Assembly (NCBI GenBank): GCA_017540905.1
Contig: JAFYAC010000097.1
Location: forward strand, 8,383-72,382
From: Kiritimatiellia bacterium
GTDB lineage: Bacteria; Verrucomicrobiota; Kiritimatiellia; CAIQIC01; Lenti-01
Direction: 5' to 3'
Length of the DNA stretch: 64,000 nt
Shown here piece by piece: positions 15,714 through 25,537 of the stretch. The notes beneath the pieces are model-generated. The model saw only the letters and a program-made list of their open reading frames with translations, ran no database searches and had not been told where the DNA came from. The stretch's first letter is position 1, and each line of letters starts with the position of its first letter. A program made the position numbers and the translations under genes.

Positions 15714-18575
15714 TCAGGTCGGTGGTAAGACCAAGCGGAGGATGTCGTCGAGGAAGGACGGCAGGCGGGCGGGCACGTCGGTGGCCAGAACGCGAAACAC
15801 CCGGTGCCCGGCCGCTTGCAGGAGGTAGTCTTGGCGGCGGGCGCGGCGGTAGGCGTCCGGGTCGGAAAGGGACGAAGCATCATCGAGCAGGATGGCAAGG
15901 CCGGCGGTGGCGTCGAAGAGGTCCACGTCCATGAACGGGTTTCCCGCGAAGGCGATGGGCAGGCGGACGTTGGCGGCGAAGCGTCCGGCGGTCGCAGGCA
16001 GGGTATCGAGGCGCCGGGAAAGGAAGCGCAAGGCGGCAACCCTTGCGTCGGCGGGGACGCTGCCGGCGGTCTGCCGGGAGGCCCACACGAAGAGGTCCGC
16101 GAGTTCGGCATCCACGCCGTCGCGGCAGAGGCGGCGGATGGTTTCGGAGAAGGTTTCGCGCCATGCGGGTTCGACGGGCAGCGGCACTCCGGCGGGCCAT
16201 CCGGCGGTGGCGCCGGGCGGCAGTTCGATGGTGTAGCCGAGGGCCTCGTAACCGCGGCAGCGGCGGTCGAACATGCGGTTGAAGAGGGCGACCGCACCGT
16301 CGAGATAGTCGTAGACGCGCACCTCCGTCTTGCCCTCGTGCAACCGGTGGAGCCGCCCGACGTACTGCGTGACGCGCCCCTTCCACGAAATCGGCATCGC
16401 GAGCAGCAGGGTATCCAGGCGCGCGTCGTCGAAGCCCTCCCCGAGGTAGGCTCCGGTCGCGAGCAGGATGCGCGGCTCGCCGTCGGGTATCGCCGCCAAC
16501 CGCGCCCGCGCCTCCGCCGCCTCGCGCCGTCCCATGCCGCCACGCAGCACGACGAGATGCCGGACACGCCCCTCCAGCAGCGCGCGGAGGGTTTCGAGGT
16601 GTTCGCGGCGTTCGGTCAGGACGACCGGCGACCGGCCCTCGCCCACCGCGGCCAGCGCGTCCTCGGCAATCATCCGGTTGCGGGCGGGGTCGGCGGCGAG
16701 TTCGGCGCAGAGCGCGGCGTAGCCGGGGCCGTCCGCCGCTTCCGCGGCCGCCTCCGCCGCGCCGCCGGGCCGCGGACGGAAGGCGGTGGGCCGCACGACC
16801 ACCCGGTGCGCGAAGGGGTGCGCGCCGCCGGCCGACCGCGCATCGACCCGGTGCCTCACCGGCCCACACTGCATGAAGACGATCGGATGGTGTCCGTCCT
16901 TGCGCACGACCGTCGCCGAAAGGCCCAGCACCCAGCGCGCCGCGGTACCGTCCAGCACCCGCTCGAACGCCGGCGCCGAGATGGCGTGGCACTCGTCCAC
17001 GACGACATGCCCGTACTCCTTCACCAGCCCCTTCACTTCCCCCTTGCGCACAAGACTCTGGACCAGCGCCACGTCGATCTTGCCCGTGCGGCGGTCCGCG
17101 CCCGCTCCGCCGCCAATCCTCCCGACGCTCCCCGACGGCAGCTCCAGGAACGCCTCCAACCGCGCCACCCACTGCTCCTGCAACTCGCGGCGGTTCACGA
17201 GCACCAGCGTATTGACGCCGCGGCGGGCGATCATCCACGCCGCGACCACCGTCTTGCCGAACGCCGTACCGGCCGCCAGCACCCCCGTCTCGTGGCGTTC
17301 GAGATCGCGCACGGCGGCCAGTTGCGCAGGACGCAACTCCCCGCGGAACGCGGTCTCCAGCGGCACCCCGGCGTAGCGTTCGTCGCGCGGGGAGGCGTCG
17401 AACCCGGCGGCCGCCAGCGCGCACAACGCCGCCTCGCGGCATCCGCGCGGCAACGCCAGATAGCGGCCGGCTCGCTCCGCGCACGAAATCACGCGCGGGA
17501 TGCCGTGCACCGAAAGCCTCATCCGCTGCGCCGCCGCGAACTCCGGGTTCGCGAACGCCGCCAGCCGCACCAACCGCCCCAGCAGCGCCGCCGGCAACGG
17601 TTCCGTGTCCACGTACACCCGGTTACCGAGCACCACCTCCACCGTACCGCCCGTGCCCGCGGTTGCACCACCCTCCTGCGCCGGGACCGTCACCTCCGGC
17701 GCATACAGCGACCACGGCTGCGACGGATCGCCCGCCGACGCCTCGTCCCGGCCCGCCGCCGGCAGCACCGGCACGCGCCCGCCCGCCCGGGCCCGGGCCG
17801 CTTCCGCCGCCACCCGCGCCGCCGGTATCGGCTCGCCCGACGACAGAAACGCCCACTGGTCCGCATGCGGCTCGAACGCATCGTCCACGAACACGCTGTT
17901 CCCGGCCGCCCGTGGACCGTGTTGCAGCGGCAGCGCGATAAGATTCCCGAAACCGCCCTTCGGCATCGTGTCCTGGTTCGGGAAAATCCGGTCGTACGAA
18001 TCCAGCCCGATCCCCGGCGCCTTCTCCAGCGCCGCCGCCAGCAGCCGCGACACGAAATCCCGGGCATCCCTCGCCGCCACCGGCGCGTCGAAGAAGAACC
18101 ACAGGTGAGCTCCGTTCCCCGACCGCGACCGCTCCACCGCCGGCGACACCCCCTCCCCTCGCGCCGCATCCCTCACCGCCGCCGCGTCCTCCCGCCACGA
18201 CGCCTTGTCGAAATCGATGGCCGCGAACCGCACCGTTTCGTCCGGCAGCATCGGATACACCCCCATCGTGAACGGCCGCCCCGCCTCGTCCTTCCCCCGC
18301 AGATGGCAGAAAACCACCCGGTCCGACACCGGCACGAACGCCCGCTGCGGGCACGCCGCGCACTTCACCTTCGGCTTGCCGCACACGCCCCGTATCCACT
18401 CGTTCCCGCACACCGGCTGGTACCCGGACTTGCCGGTGCGTTTGCTCTCGAACCGCCGCGCGAACACATCCTCCCGCCCCCGGAACAACCGCCGGAACAG
18501 CGCCACCTTCTCCTCCGGCGCCGAAGCCATCGTCACGGCCGGAACCCTGTCGTCACTTGCGCCCATGCCCCCCAT
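15714..18575 (-). CDS. Fusion protein: archaeo-eukaryotic primase (AEP/PrimPol-like) domain, SF2 DEAD/DEAH helicase, and a DUF559/Vsr-like C-terminal tail
   Basis: 953 aa. AEP motifs are AAIDFD and SGNGAHLWFFF, preceded by a Cys cluster (CGNEW..CGKPKVKCAACP). Helicase motifs are AGTAFGKT, VVDECH and LSAT. The C-terminus (RRQDYLLQAAGHRVFRVLATDV) resembles the endonuclease-fold DUF559 tail. GGGAGG lies 8 nt upstream of the ATG. Confidence 0.8.
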   Translation of the reverse strand: MGGMGASDDRVPAVTMASAPEEKVALFRRLFRGREDVFARRFESKRTGKSGYQPVCGNEWIRGVCGKPKVKCAACPQRAFVPVSDRVVFCHLRGKDEAGRPFTMGVYPMLPDETVRFAAIDFDKASWREDAAAVRDAARGEGVSPAVERSRSGNGAHLWFFFDAPVAARDARDFVSRLLAAALEKAPGIGLDSYDRIFPNQDTMPKGGFGNLIALPLQHGPRAAGNSVFVDDAFEPHADQWAFLSSGEPIPAARVAAEAARARAGGRVPVLPAAGRDEASAGDPSQPWSLYAPEVTVPAQEGGATAGTGGTVEVVLGNRVYVDTEPLPAALLGRLVRLAAFANPEFAAAQRMRLSVHGIPRVISCAERAGRYLALPRGCREAALCALAAAGFDASPRDERYAGVPLETAFRGELRPAQLAAVRDLERHETGVLAAGTAFGKTVVAAWMIARRGVNTLVLVNRRELQEQWVARLEAFLELPSGSVGRIGGGAGADRRTGKIDVALVQSLVRKGEVKGLVKEYGHVVVDECHAISAPAFERVLDGTAARWVLGLSATVVRKDGHHPIVFMQCGPVRHRVDARSAGGAHPFAHRVVVRPTAFRPRPGGAAEAAAEAADGPGYAALCAELAADPARNRMIAEDALAAVGEGRSPVVLTERREHLETLRALLEGRVRHLVVLRGGMGRREAAEARARLAAIPDGEPRILLATGAYLGEGFDDARLDTLLLAMPISWKGRVTQYVGRLHRLHEGKTEVRVYDYLDGAVALFNRMFDRRCRGYEALGYTIELPPGATAGWPAGVPLPVEPAWRETFSETIRRLCRDGVDAELADLFVWASRQTAGSVPADARVAALRFLSRRLDTLPATAGRFAANVRLPIAFAGNPFMDVDLFDATAGLAILLDDASSLSDPDAYRRARRQDYLLQAAGHRVFRVLATDVPARLPSFLDDILRLVLPPT

Positions 18576-18685
18576 CCTACCAACCTCCCGCCCCGCGCGG
18601 AAGCCTGCTCCTCAAAGCCTCGCAACCATGCCGGAAGACGTTGGACTGGCAGGGTGACAGGCGGACAAATCGCAAAAAAGTCCAT

Positions 18686-18721
18686 GTTTTTCCGTAATCT
18701 CACGAGCCCGGACGGCAACCG
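18686..18721. repeat. Long copy of the TTTTCCGTAATCT motif element
   Basis: GTTTTTCCGTAATCTCACGAGCCCGGACGGCAACCG. It sits about 110 nt upstream (minus sense) of the 18575 start. Confidence 0.6.
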
Positions 18722-18837
18722 CGCCCCCCGTCAGCCCATGTTTCTCCGTCCGCTTCGCAACCGCGGCGGCGGTGCGTTTCCAGCACGCTTCCTTTTCTCC
18801 CTTGCGGGGGGAGTTCTGGAGCGCTACGCTCGCGGGC

Positions 18838-21513
18838 ATGAAACAGTCCGTTGGTTTTTCCGTTGCGTCCGTTCTCCGTCCGTTTGCGTTTGCCGTTGCG
18901 CTTGCGTTTGGCCTGGCCCTGCCGGGGCGCGCCGCCGGGGCGCCGCCCGCCATCGCCATGCCGCCGCGGCTGTCCTTGTCCGCCGACGGGGGCGTGATTG
19001 CCGCGTTCGACACGGCCTCGCCCGCACGCGCCACGCTGCGCTGGGGATTCGCTCCCGACGCGATGACCAACGCCGTCACCGATCCCGGCGGCACCCACGC
19101 GCACATCCTCGCCTTCCCGCCGCTTCCGCCGGGCGCGACGGTGCACTACGCCGCGACCGCTTCCGACGGCTATGCGTTCGCCAACTCCTTCGCGGCGCCG
19201 CCCGCGCGCGCGCCGGACGTCTCCTTCCGCTTCGCGCTGCACGGCGACCTCGAAGGCGGCCTCGAGGACAATCCCGGGCACATCCCCTACGCCCGCGACG
19301 TCTCGCGCGGCATCGTCGCCTTCGCCCCGAGCGTGGTCGTCTCGACCGGCGACCTCGCCGATGAAGCCTACGGCGGCTTTCCCTCCTTCCCGCCCTACCT
19401 CGCCTGGACGAACTTCATCCAGATCTGCTCGAACGAATTCTCGTCCATCCCGTTCCTGCCGGCCATGGGCAACCACGACGGCCGCGATCCCCAGACCGTC
19501 AAGGACGAATACTCCGGCGACCAGGCCCGCTCCTTCTTCCACCGCTTCTTCGCGCTGCCCGAGACGGCGCCGGGGTCGGTGGACCACGTCGCGCGCGTCG
19601 GCAACGCCACGTTCGTTTTCCTGAACTCCGACGCGGACATCCCGTCGCAGAACGGGTTCCTGGCCCGCGCGTTGCAGGCCGCGGCGTACGACCCGGCCAA
19701 CGTCTTCGTCTTCGCCGTCTTCCACCGGCCGCCGTACTCCACGTCCGGGCACGGCGGCAACGTGGAAATCCAGGCCAACTGGTGCCCGCTCTTCACCGCC
19801 TACGAAGCGGACGCGGTCTTCACGGGCCATGTCCACAACTACCAGCGCTTCAAGCCCATCGACGGCGTCCAGTACCTCGTCTCCGGCGGTGCCGGCGGCT
19901 ACCCCAAGGACTATGCCGACGACCCCTCCCTCGCCTTCACCACCACCTGCTTCCATTACGTCACCGCGACCATCTCCAACCGCACGGCCACCTTCCGGGC
20001 GTGCCGCTCCGACCACGATCCCGCCACCAACCCGCAGGTGTTCGACACCTTCACGGTCGCCGCCGACCGCCGCGTCCGCGTGTCGCCGCCCTTCCCGGCG
20101 CCCGGCGGCCGCGCCATCGTCACGTACAATCCGGCCGGCGGCCCCCTCGCCGGCGCGTTCGCGGTCGCCCTCCACTGGGGCGTCGACGGCTTCGCGTCCG
20201 CCTCCACCGCCCCCATGGCGCGCAATCCCGACGGCACCTTCGCCGCCACCCTCGACATCCCCGCCACGGCCACCAACCGCCTCGCCTTCTGCTTCAAGAA
20301 CGACCCAGACTCCCCCACCGCCTGGGACAACAACCACGGCTGCGACTGGCAAGCCCTCTTCGACCCGTTCCCCGCCGCCCCCGCCGCGCGCCCCGCCGCC
20401 TACGCGCCCCACCACAGCCCGGCGGTCACCGACGACCCGCCCGGCGGCGCCATGAACAACACCGGGCCCGGGATCGTGGACGCCTTCGATTTCGACACCG
20501 CCTTCCCCGTCCTGCCCGCGGCGGACCTGCCCCGCGGCTTCGGCTCGTTCGGCCCGGTCTACGCGAACATCGACTCTAGTAACCTCTACCTCGGCGGCCC
20601 CGCCCTCGACCTGGCCGGCACCAACAACGCCGCCATCCTCTTCGTCGGGCTGGACACCCTTTCCGACGACGCCTGGCAGCTCTGGCACAAGTCGTCGCTC
20701 CCAAACGCCCTCGACAAACTGCACAACGTCCGCTTCACCGAACCCATGGACCTGGCCATCGTCCTCGGCGACCAGTACGGCGACAAGACGTCCTACACCA
20801 ACTTCACCTACGCCGGCCACGACTTCGGCCAGGGCATCTACTACCTCTCCACCACCACCGACCACTTCACCCCCGTCCCGGCCGCCGCCGGTGCCCGCCT
20901 CTCCCAGTACGCCGACCCGCTCCCGCCCGCCGGCGCCACCGGCAACCGCCCCGCGACCGTCTGGGAAGCCGCCCTGCCGCTCGCGGCCCTCGGCGCGGCG
21001 GACGCCCCGCCCGAACACCTCTTCCTGTGCGGCGTCATCGTCTCCGCGACCACCGCCGGCGACAACCGCTACCTTTCCCGCAGCGTCCTGGCCGACCGAG
21101 CCTGGTCCACGCCCGACGGATGGGGGAACACCGGCACCAACACCCTGATCCTGCGCCCGATCCGCGTCGCCCTGCCCGCGGGACACCACCTCGGCGACCC
21201 CATCCCCAACGCCTACCGCGTCGAACACTACGGCACCCCCGACGCCCCGTCCGCCGATGCCGACACCGACGGCGACGGCATGCCCCTCCTCGCAGAATAC
21301 GTCGCCGGGACGGACCCCGTCGATGCCGCCTCCCGCCTGCGGTTCCTCCGCCTCTACCCCGACATCCTCCTCGACCCGCCGCCCCCCGCCGGCCGCACCG
21401 TCGGCCTGGAAGCCACGACCAATCTCCTCCGCCCCGCCTGGACCACCCCACCTTCCGACCCCTCCGCCATCACCGCCCCCCTCTTCTACCGCGCCCTCGT
21501 CACCCTCCCCTGA
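18838..21513 (+). CDS. Secreted calcineurin-like metallophosphoesterase (purple-acid-phosphatase-like) with carbohydrate-binding-like and C-terminal acidic DxDxDG modules
   Basis: Starts at MKQSVGF with a signal peptide. Metallophosphoesterase motifs are GDL..E, GNHD and GHVHNYQR. The WDNNHGCDWQ segment resembles starch-binding-type modules. DADTDGDGMPLLAEY is a calcium-binding-type motif. Confidence 0.8.
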   Translation: MKQSVGFSVASVLRPFAFAVALAFGLALPGRAAGAPPAIAMPPRLSLSADGGVIAAFDTASPARATLRWGFAPDAMTNAVTDPGGTHAHILAFPPLPPGATVHYAATASDGYAFANSFAAPPARAPDVSFRFALHGDLEGGLEDNPGHIPYARDVSRGIVAFAPSVVVSTGDLADEAYGGFPSFPPYLAWTNFIQICSNEFSSIPFLPAMGNHDGRDPQTVKDEYSGDQARSFFHRFFALPETAPGSVDHVARVGNATFVFLNSDADIPSQNGFLARALQAAAYDPANVFVFAVFHRPPYSTSGHGGNVEIQANWCPLFTAYEADAVFTGHVHNYQRFKPIDGVQYLVSGGAGGYPKDYADDPSLAFTTTCFHYVTATISNRTATFRACRSDHDPATNPQVFDTFTVAADRRVRVSPPFPAPGGRAIVTYNPAGGPLAGAFAVALHWGVDGFASASTAPMARNPDGTFAATLDIPATATNRLAFCFKNDPDSPTAWDNNHGCDWQALFDPFPAAPAARPAAYAPHHSPAVTDDPPGGAMNNTGPGIVDAFDFDTAFPVLPAADLPRGFGSFGPVYANIDSSNLYLGGPALDLAGTNNAAILFVGLDTLSDDAWQLWHKSSLPNALDKLHNVRFTEPMDLAIVLGDQYGDKTSYTNFTYAGHDFGQGIYYLSTTTDHFTPVPAAAGARLSQYADPLPPAGATGNRPATVWEAALPLAALGAADAPPEHLFLCGVIVSATTAGDNRYLSRSVLADRAWSTPDGWGNTGTNTLILRPIRVALPAGHHLGDPIPNAYRVEHYGTPDAPSADADTDGDGMPLLAEYVAGTDPVDAASRLRFLRLYPDILLDPPPPAGRTVGLEATTNLLRPAWTTPPSDPSAITAPLFYRALVTLP

Positions 21514-21661
21514 CCGCCGGGGCCGCGCCCATCGGACGATGGCGATGCACATGCGCCATCCACGACACGCGGCCCCGCGCTATTTTGGCATTGCCTTTCG
21601 GGCCAGCCTGTGGCACAAGGACCAAACGTTTTGTTGCCCCCCTGAAAGGAGACTTTTCCAA

Positions 21662-22297
21662 ATGAACGTATTGCACCTGATCGCCAACCCGAAACCCTCG
21701 GAAACCTCCGTTTCCAAGAAACTCGCCCTCGAGTTCTTCTCCTCCCTCATGGAGAAGGATCCCGACGTCGTCGTCAACAACGTCGACCTCTACCAGAACA
21801 AGCCCCCGTTCGTGAGCGCCGACGCACTCAACTACTTCTGGCGCCCCGTCATCGACCCCGCCTACATCCCCTCCAAGGCCGAGGAAAACGCCGCCAACTA
21901 CTCCAACAACAACGCCGAGGCCATGACCGATGCCGACGTCGTCGTCCTCACCCTGCCCGTCTGGATCAACTCCATGCCCGCGATCCTCAAGGCCTGGCTC
22001 GACCAGATCATCGTCCCCGGCAAGCTCTACCGCATGGGCCCCGACGGCCCCATGCCCACCCACCACATCCGCACCGTCGTCCTCCTCGTCTCCTCCGACT
22101 CCGTCTACAAGGAGGACGATCCCGCCGACGGCCTCACCCCGGCCATCCGCGCCATCTTCTCCTACATCGGCGTCGAAGACATCCGCATCGCCTGGGCCGA
22201 CGGCCAGGACGCCGAGCGCCACTTCGACTCCGCCGAGCGCCGCGACATGGCCATTGAGGCCGCCCGCGAAATCGCCGAGGAACTCGTCGAAGGCTGA
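21662..22297 (+). CDS. Flavodoxin-like fold NAD(P)H oxidoreductase (FMN-dependent azoreductase AzoR-like)
   Basis: 211 aa. MNVLHLIANPKPSETSVSKKLA ... LTLPVWINSMPAILKAWLDQI matches the AzoR/ACP-phosphodiesterase family pattern. AAGGAG lies upstream of the start. Confidence 0.8.
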   Translation: MNVLHLIANPKPSETSVSKKLALEFFSSLMEKDPDVVVNNVDLYQNKPPFVSADALNYFWRPVIDPAYIPSKAEENAANYSNNNAEAMTDADVVVLTLPVWINSMPAILKAWLDQIIVPGKLYRMGPDGPMPTHHIRTVVLLVSSDSVYKEDDPADGLTPAIRAIFSYIGVEDIRIAWADGQDAERHFDSAERRDMAIEAAREIAEELVEG

Positions 22298-22323
22298 CTG
22301 GACGCTACATTCCCCTCCCCCGC

Positions 22324-22351
22324 TCCGCCGGTTCCCCGGCGGAGTTTTTGT
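22324..22351 (+). terminator. Rho-independent terminator
   Basis: CTCCGCCGG-TTCC-CCGGCGGAG followed by TTTTTGTTT, 27 nt after the azoR-like stop. Confidence 0.8.
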
Positions 22352-22451
22352 TTCCACGCCGGGCCGCCCTTTTCCTGAACTTCACCGGGCAAAAAATGTT
22401 TCTGGACATCCCGTGCCGATTGTGCTCTCTTTGCAGAAATATATCGAAGCC

Positions 22452-22727
22452 ATGCAAACAAGAACCGCAACCATCGCCAACGCCCAGGGCATCCACTGCC
22501 GTCCATCCGCCGTCATCGTCAAGGAATTCCTTGGCTATCCCGGCACCATCCGCCTTTCCAACAGCAACGGCGTCTGCGACGTCAGCTCCGTCCTGCAGCT
22601 CCTCTCCCTCGAGATGACCCAGGGCAACGTCGTCCGCGTCGAAGTGGAAGGCCCCGACGAAGCGGCGAAGGCCGACCGCGTCGTCGAGCTCCTCGAAACC
22701 CACTTCGACTTCCCGCCCCTCTCCTGA
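22452..22727 (+). CDS. ptsH: Phosphocarrier protein HPr
   Basis: 91 aa. The active-site context is NAQGIHCRPSA (His15 equivalent), with a regulatory Ser region VSSVLQLLSL. Confidence 0.88.
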   Translation: MQTRTATIANAQGIHCRPSAVIVKEFLGYPGTIRLSNSNGVCDVSSVLQLLSLEMTQGNVVRVEVEGPDEAAKADRVVELLETHFDFPPLS

Positions 22728-22751
22728 TTTCCCCCTCCCCCCCCTTCCATT

Positions 22752-22774
22752 CGCCCCGCCTCCCCGGCGGGGCG
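22752..22774. terminator. Bidirectional hairpin between convergent genes
   Basis: CGCCCCGCC-TCCCC-GGCGGGGCG, a perfect 9-bp stem between the HPr (+) and KTSC (-) genes. Confidence 0.55.
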
Positions 22775-22812
22775 TTGCATTACCGTCTCCCCCCGCCGGG
22801 CCCGCCCGCCCC

Positions 22813-23097
22813 TCAGCGCCTCAGCGTCTCGTAGCGGTCCTGGATCTTCGTCGCGAAATACGCCCCCTTCGACTCCGCCTCCAGCAACCCCTTGAAAACC
22901 TCCTCCGGCACATTCCGGTACTCGTACACGTCCGAACTGTTCTGCATCCGCACCACGAGCGTCCCGGTCTCCCGGTCGTACCCCACCCGCTCCAGCCAAG
23001 ACGATTCCACCTGCTGCCACTGCACCTTCCCGAACGCCCCCGCCGCCCACAGCGCGACGGCCGCGGCCAGCACGAAAATCTTGGAATTTCCCGTCAT
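22813..23097 (-). CDS. KTSC domain-containing secreted protein
   Basis: 94 aa. It has a signal-like N-terminus, then LERVGYDRETGTLVVRMQNSSDVYEYRNVPEEVFKGLLEAESKGAYF, which matches the KTSC domain pattern. GGAGG lies 5 nt upstream of ATG 23097. An alternative ATG is at 23109. Confidence 0.75.
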   Translation of the reverse strand: MTGNSKIFVLAAAVALWAAGAFGKVQWQQVESSWLERVGYDRETGTLVVRMQNSSDVYEYRNVPEEVFKGLLEAESKGAYFATKIQDRYETLRR

Positions 23098-23609
23098 CGA
23101 TACCTCCATGGTTGGTTCGGCACACGTTCTACCAAACCCCCGCCCCCCCTGCAAGCCATCCGCCGCCCGCCCGCCCCAGGACGCCGGCGAAACGCGAGAG
23201 ATGCTGCGCCATGCTGGGGGCGCGGGCGTCCCTCCCGCGATGCGGACGGGAAACGTCCGGAATGCCAATCCTCCCAGCTTCTCTCCCCCTCCGGACATGG
23301 GAAATGCCTGTTCCTTTGGTTCTTCGTGGATTTTGGAGTGGTTTAAGAAATACTGTGGCCGACATCAATTGTGCCGCCACCTTTTCTTTCGCGGACGCGC
23401 AGAAGCGCGTCCCTCCCCGTGGAGAGCGCACCGGGAGGGTCGCACTTCCGCGCGGCCTTGTGGGTGGGAAACTTCCGAAAAGCCACAGAAAAAAGCAAGC
23501 CGCTCTAGCACATCGCAAGGTCAAAACACTATAGTCCCCGAAGAACCATTCCTTCCCCTGCCTGCGGCGTTTTCGGCGCGTGCCTCCGGCAAACTCCACC
23601 TCCCAACAC

Positions 23610-23659
23610 CCTCCGTGCCTCCTTCCTCCGTCACCTCCGTGTTTCGCGCCGCGGGCCCG
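23610..23659. repeat. Copy of the CCTCCGTG..TCCTTCCTCCG..GTTTCGCGCCGCGGGCCCG repeat
   Basis: Matches 7778-7827. Confidence 0.65.
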
Positions 23660-23791
23660 TTTATCCTTGCCTGATTCGGGAGTGCCCGGTTGCCGCCGGA
23701 GATGTGCGTTTTCCATCGTTGCCCGCCGCCCGCCGGGCACCGCCAAGAAAAACCGTGCCATCGCAGGCCCCCTTCGTGTATCCTGTCCGCC

Positions 23792-25459
23792 ATGTTCCGC
23801 ACGCTTCGCCCCATTCTCCTCGCCAGCCTCCTGCTCACGGCCCGGGCCGTCCCCGCGCAGGAGGCCCCCGGCATCTACGCCGACTTCGCCACCTCCCGCG
23901 GCGACTTCACCGCCCGCCTCGACTACGAACGCGCGCCCAAGGCCGTCGCCGCCTTCGTCGGTCTGGCCACCGGCGAAAAGAACTGGCTCGACGCCTTCGG
24001 CAACGTCCATTCCGCCACCCCCTTCTACGACGGGACCCTCTTCCACCGCGTCCTGCCCGGCCTTGCCATCCAGGGCGGGGCCGCCCCCGTGCCGGCCGCC
24101 GCCTGGGCGGAGACCAACAACGGCCCGGCCGTCCTTCTCGGCCTCAACGCCTCCTTCACCATCGAAATCCCGCCCGGCGGCGCCACCAACACCATCGACG
24201 AAATGGCTTTCGTCTTCACCAACGCCCCATCCGTCCCCACCAACGCATCCTTCGGCGGTATCGCCTCCGACATCCTGCAAACCAACCGCACGCTCCAGCA
24301 GGTATGGATGGTCTCCCGCTCCTCCTGCGCCCTCGGCACCATCGTCCAGACCAACGTCTACCGCAACGAACGGGTCGCGAACCCCACCCTCTCCCCCTCC
24401 GTCACCGAATGCACCGTCCCGCTGGCCTTCCACCTCCCCAATCCCACCAACGTCCCCCTCGTCTACACCAACGCCATCAGCCTCCGCTGGCTCTCCACCA
24501 ACTCCATCGCCCTCCTCGCCGCCCCCGTCGCAACCAACTTCTCCAACGCCGGCTTCGTCTATCCCGACGCCTTCTCCAACGGCCTCTCCCACACCGCCGG
24601 AACCCTCTCCATGGCCAACAGCGGCCCCAACCACGACGGCTCCCAGTTCTTCGTCTGCGCGGCGGACTACACCAACTGGGACGGACACTACACCGCCTTC
24701 GGCCATGTCGTCTCCGGCATGGACGTCGTCTCATCCATCGCCTCCGTCGAAGTCGCCACCAACAACGCCAACCGCCCCCTCGAAGACATCTTCCTCCGCG
24801 GCGTGTCCATCCGCCGCGTCGGCACCGCCGCCGAAGGCTTCGACATCCATGCCCAGGGCCTTCCCCGCGTCGACAACCTCCCCGTCGGCCTTTCCTTTGG
24901 CCCCACGCAGGCCGTGGCCTCCATCGACCTCCCCGCCCAAACCGAAGTCGCCTTCCGCCGAACCGACGACCTTCGCGCCCCCGTCTGGACCGCGTGGCAA
25001 ACCACCGACTGGGGATACCGCCCCGGCGCCGCCACCACGAACGTCGTCCTCCCCGCCGCCGCCGCAGGCGCCTTTCTCCACGCCTCCGCCGTCACCTACC
25101 CCGACGCCTGGACCATGCCTCCCTCTATCGACGACTTCACCTTCACATGCCGCTGGGACACCGACCCGCCCATGATCGAGACCCTTCGCTTTCCCCCCGA
25201 CTGGACCCATACAGGCGAATGGACCCGCACCCAAGGCACCAACACCGCCTCCGGACAAATCTTCGCCTACACCGTCGGCTGGTCCCCCTCCCCCTATTCC
25301 GCCACCCTCGCCTTCACCGACAACCTCTACGAGCACGCCTACACACTCCGCTGGGATCCCGGCGCCACCAACGGCGCCTTCACCGGCCGCCTCTCGCAGC
25401 ACATCCCCCCCGCCATCTACTCCGTCTCAGGCTCCTTCACCTTCACCGCCCCGCCCTGA
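23792..25459 (+). CDS. Secreted cyclophilin-type peptidyl-prolyl isomerase with a large internal insertion and a C-terminal extension
   Basis: Starts at MFRTLRP with a signal peptide. The cyclophilin core is split: [19 protein letters not shown] near the N-terminus and [19 protein letters not shown] ... [11 protein letters not shown] about 170 aa later. About 230 extra residues follow. Confidence 0.8.
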   Translation: MFRTLRPILLASLLLTARAVPAQEAPGIYADFATSRGDFTARLDYERAPKAVAAFVGLATGEKNWLDAFGNVHSATPFYDGTLFHRVLPGLAIQGGAAPVPAAAWAETNNGPAVLLGLNASFTIEIPPGGATNTIDEMAFVFTNAPSVPTNASFGGIASDILQTNRTLQQVWMVSRSSCALGTIVQTNVYRNERVANPTLSPSVTECTVPLAFHLPNPTNVPLVYTNAISLRWLSTNSIALLAAPVATNFSNAGFVYPDAFSNGLSHTAGTLSMANSGPNHDGSQFFVCAADYTNWDGHYTAFGHVVSGMDVVSSIASVEVATNNANRPLEDIFLRGVSIRRVGTAAEGFDIHAQGLPRVDNLPVGLSFGPTQAVASIDLPAQTEVAFRRTDDLRAPVWTAWQTTDWGYRPGAATTNVVLPAAAAGAFLHASAVTYPDAWTMPPSIDDFTFTCRWDTDPPMIETLRFPPDWTHTGEWTRTQGTNTASGQIFAYTVGWSPSPYSATLAFTDNLYEHAYTLRWDPGATNGAFTGRLSQHIPPAIYSVSGSFTFTAPP

Positions 25460-25537
25460 TCCGCCGGCCGGGAAGGCCCGGTCCCGTCGGGACCGATGCG
25501 CCCATGGGGTTCGGCGAAAGCGGAGCGGCCGCGCGGT

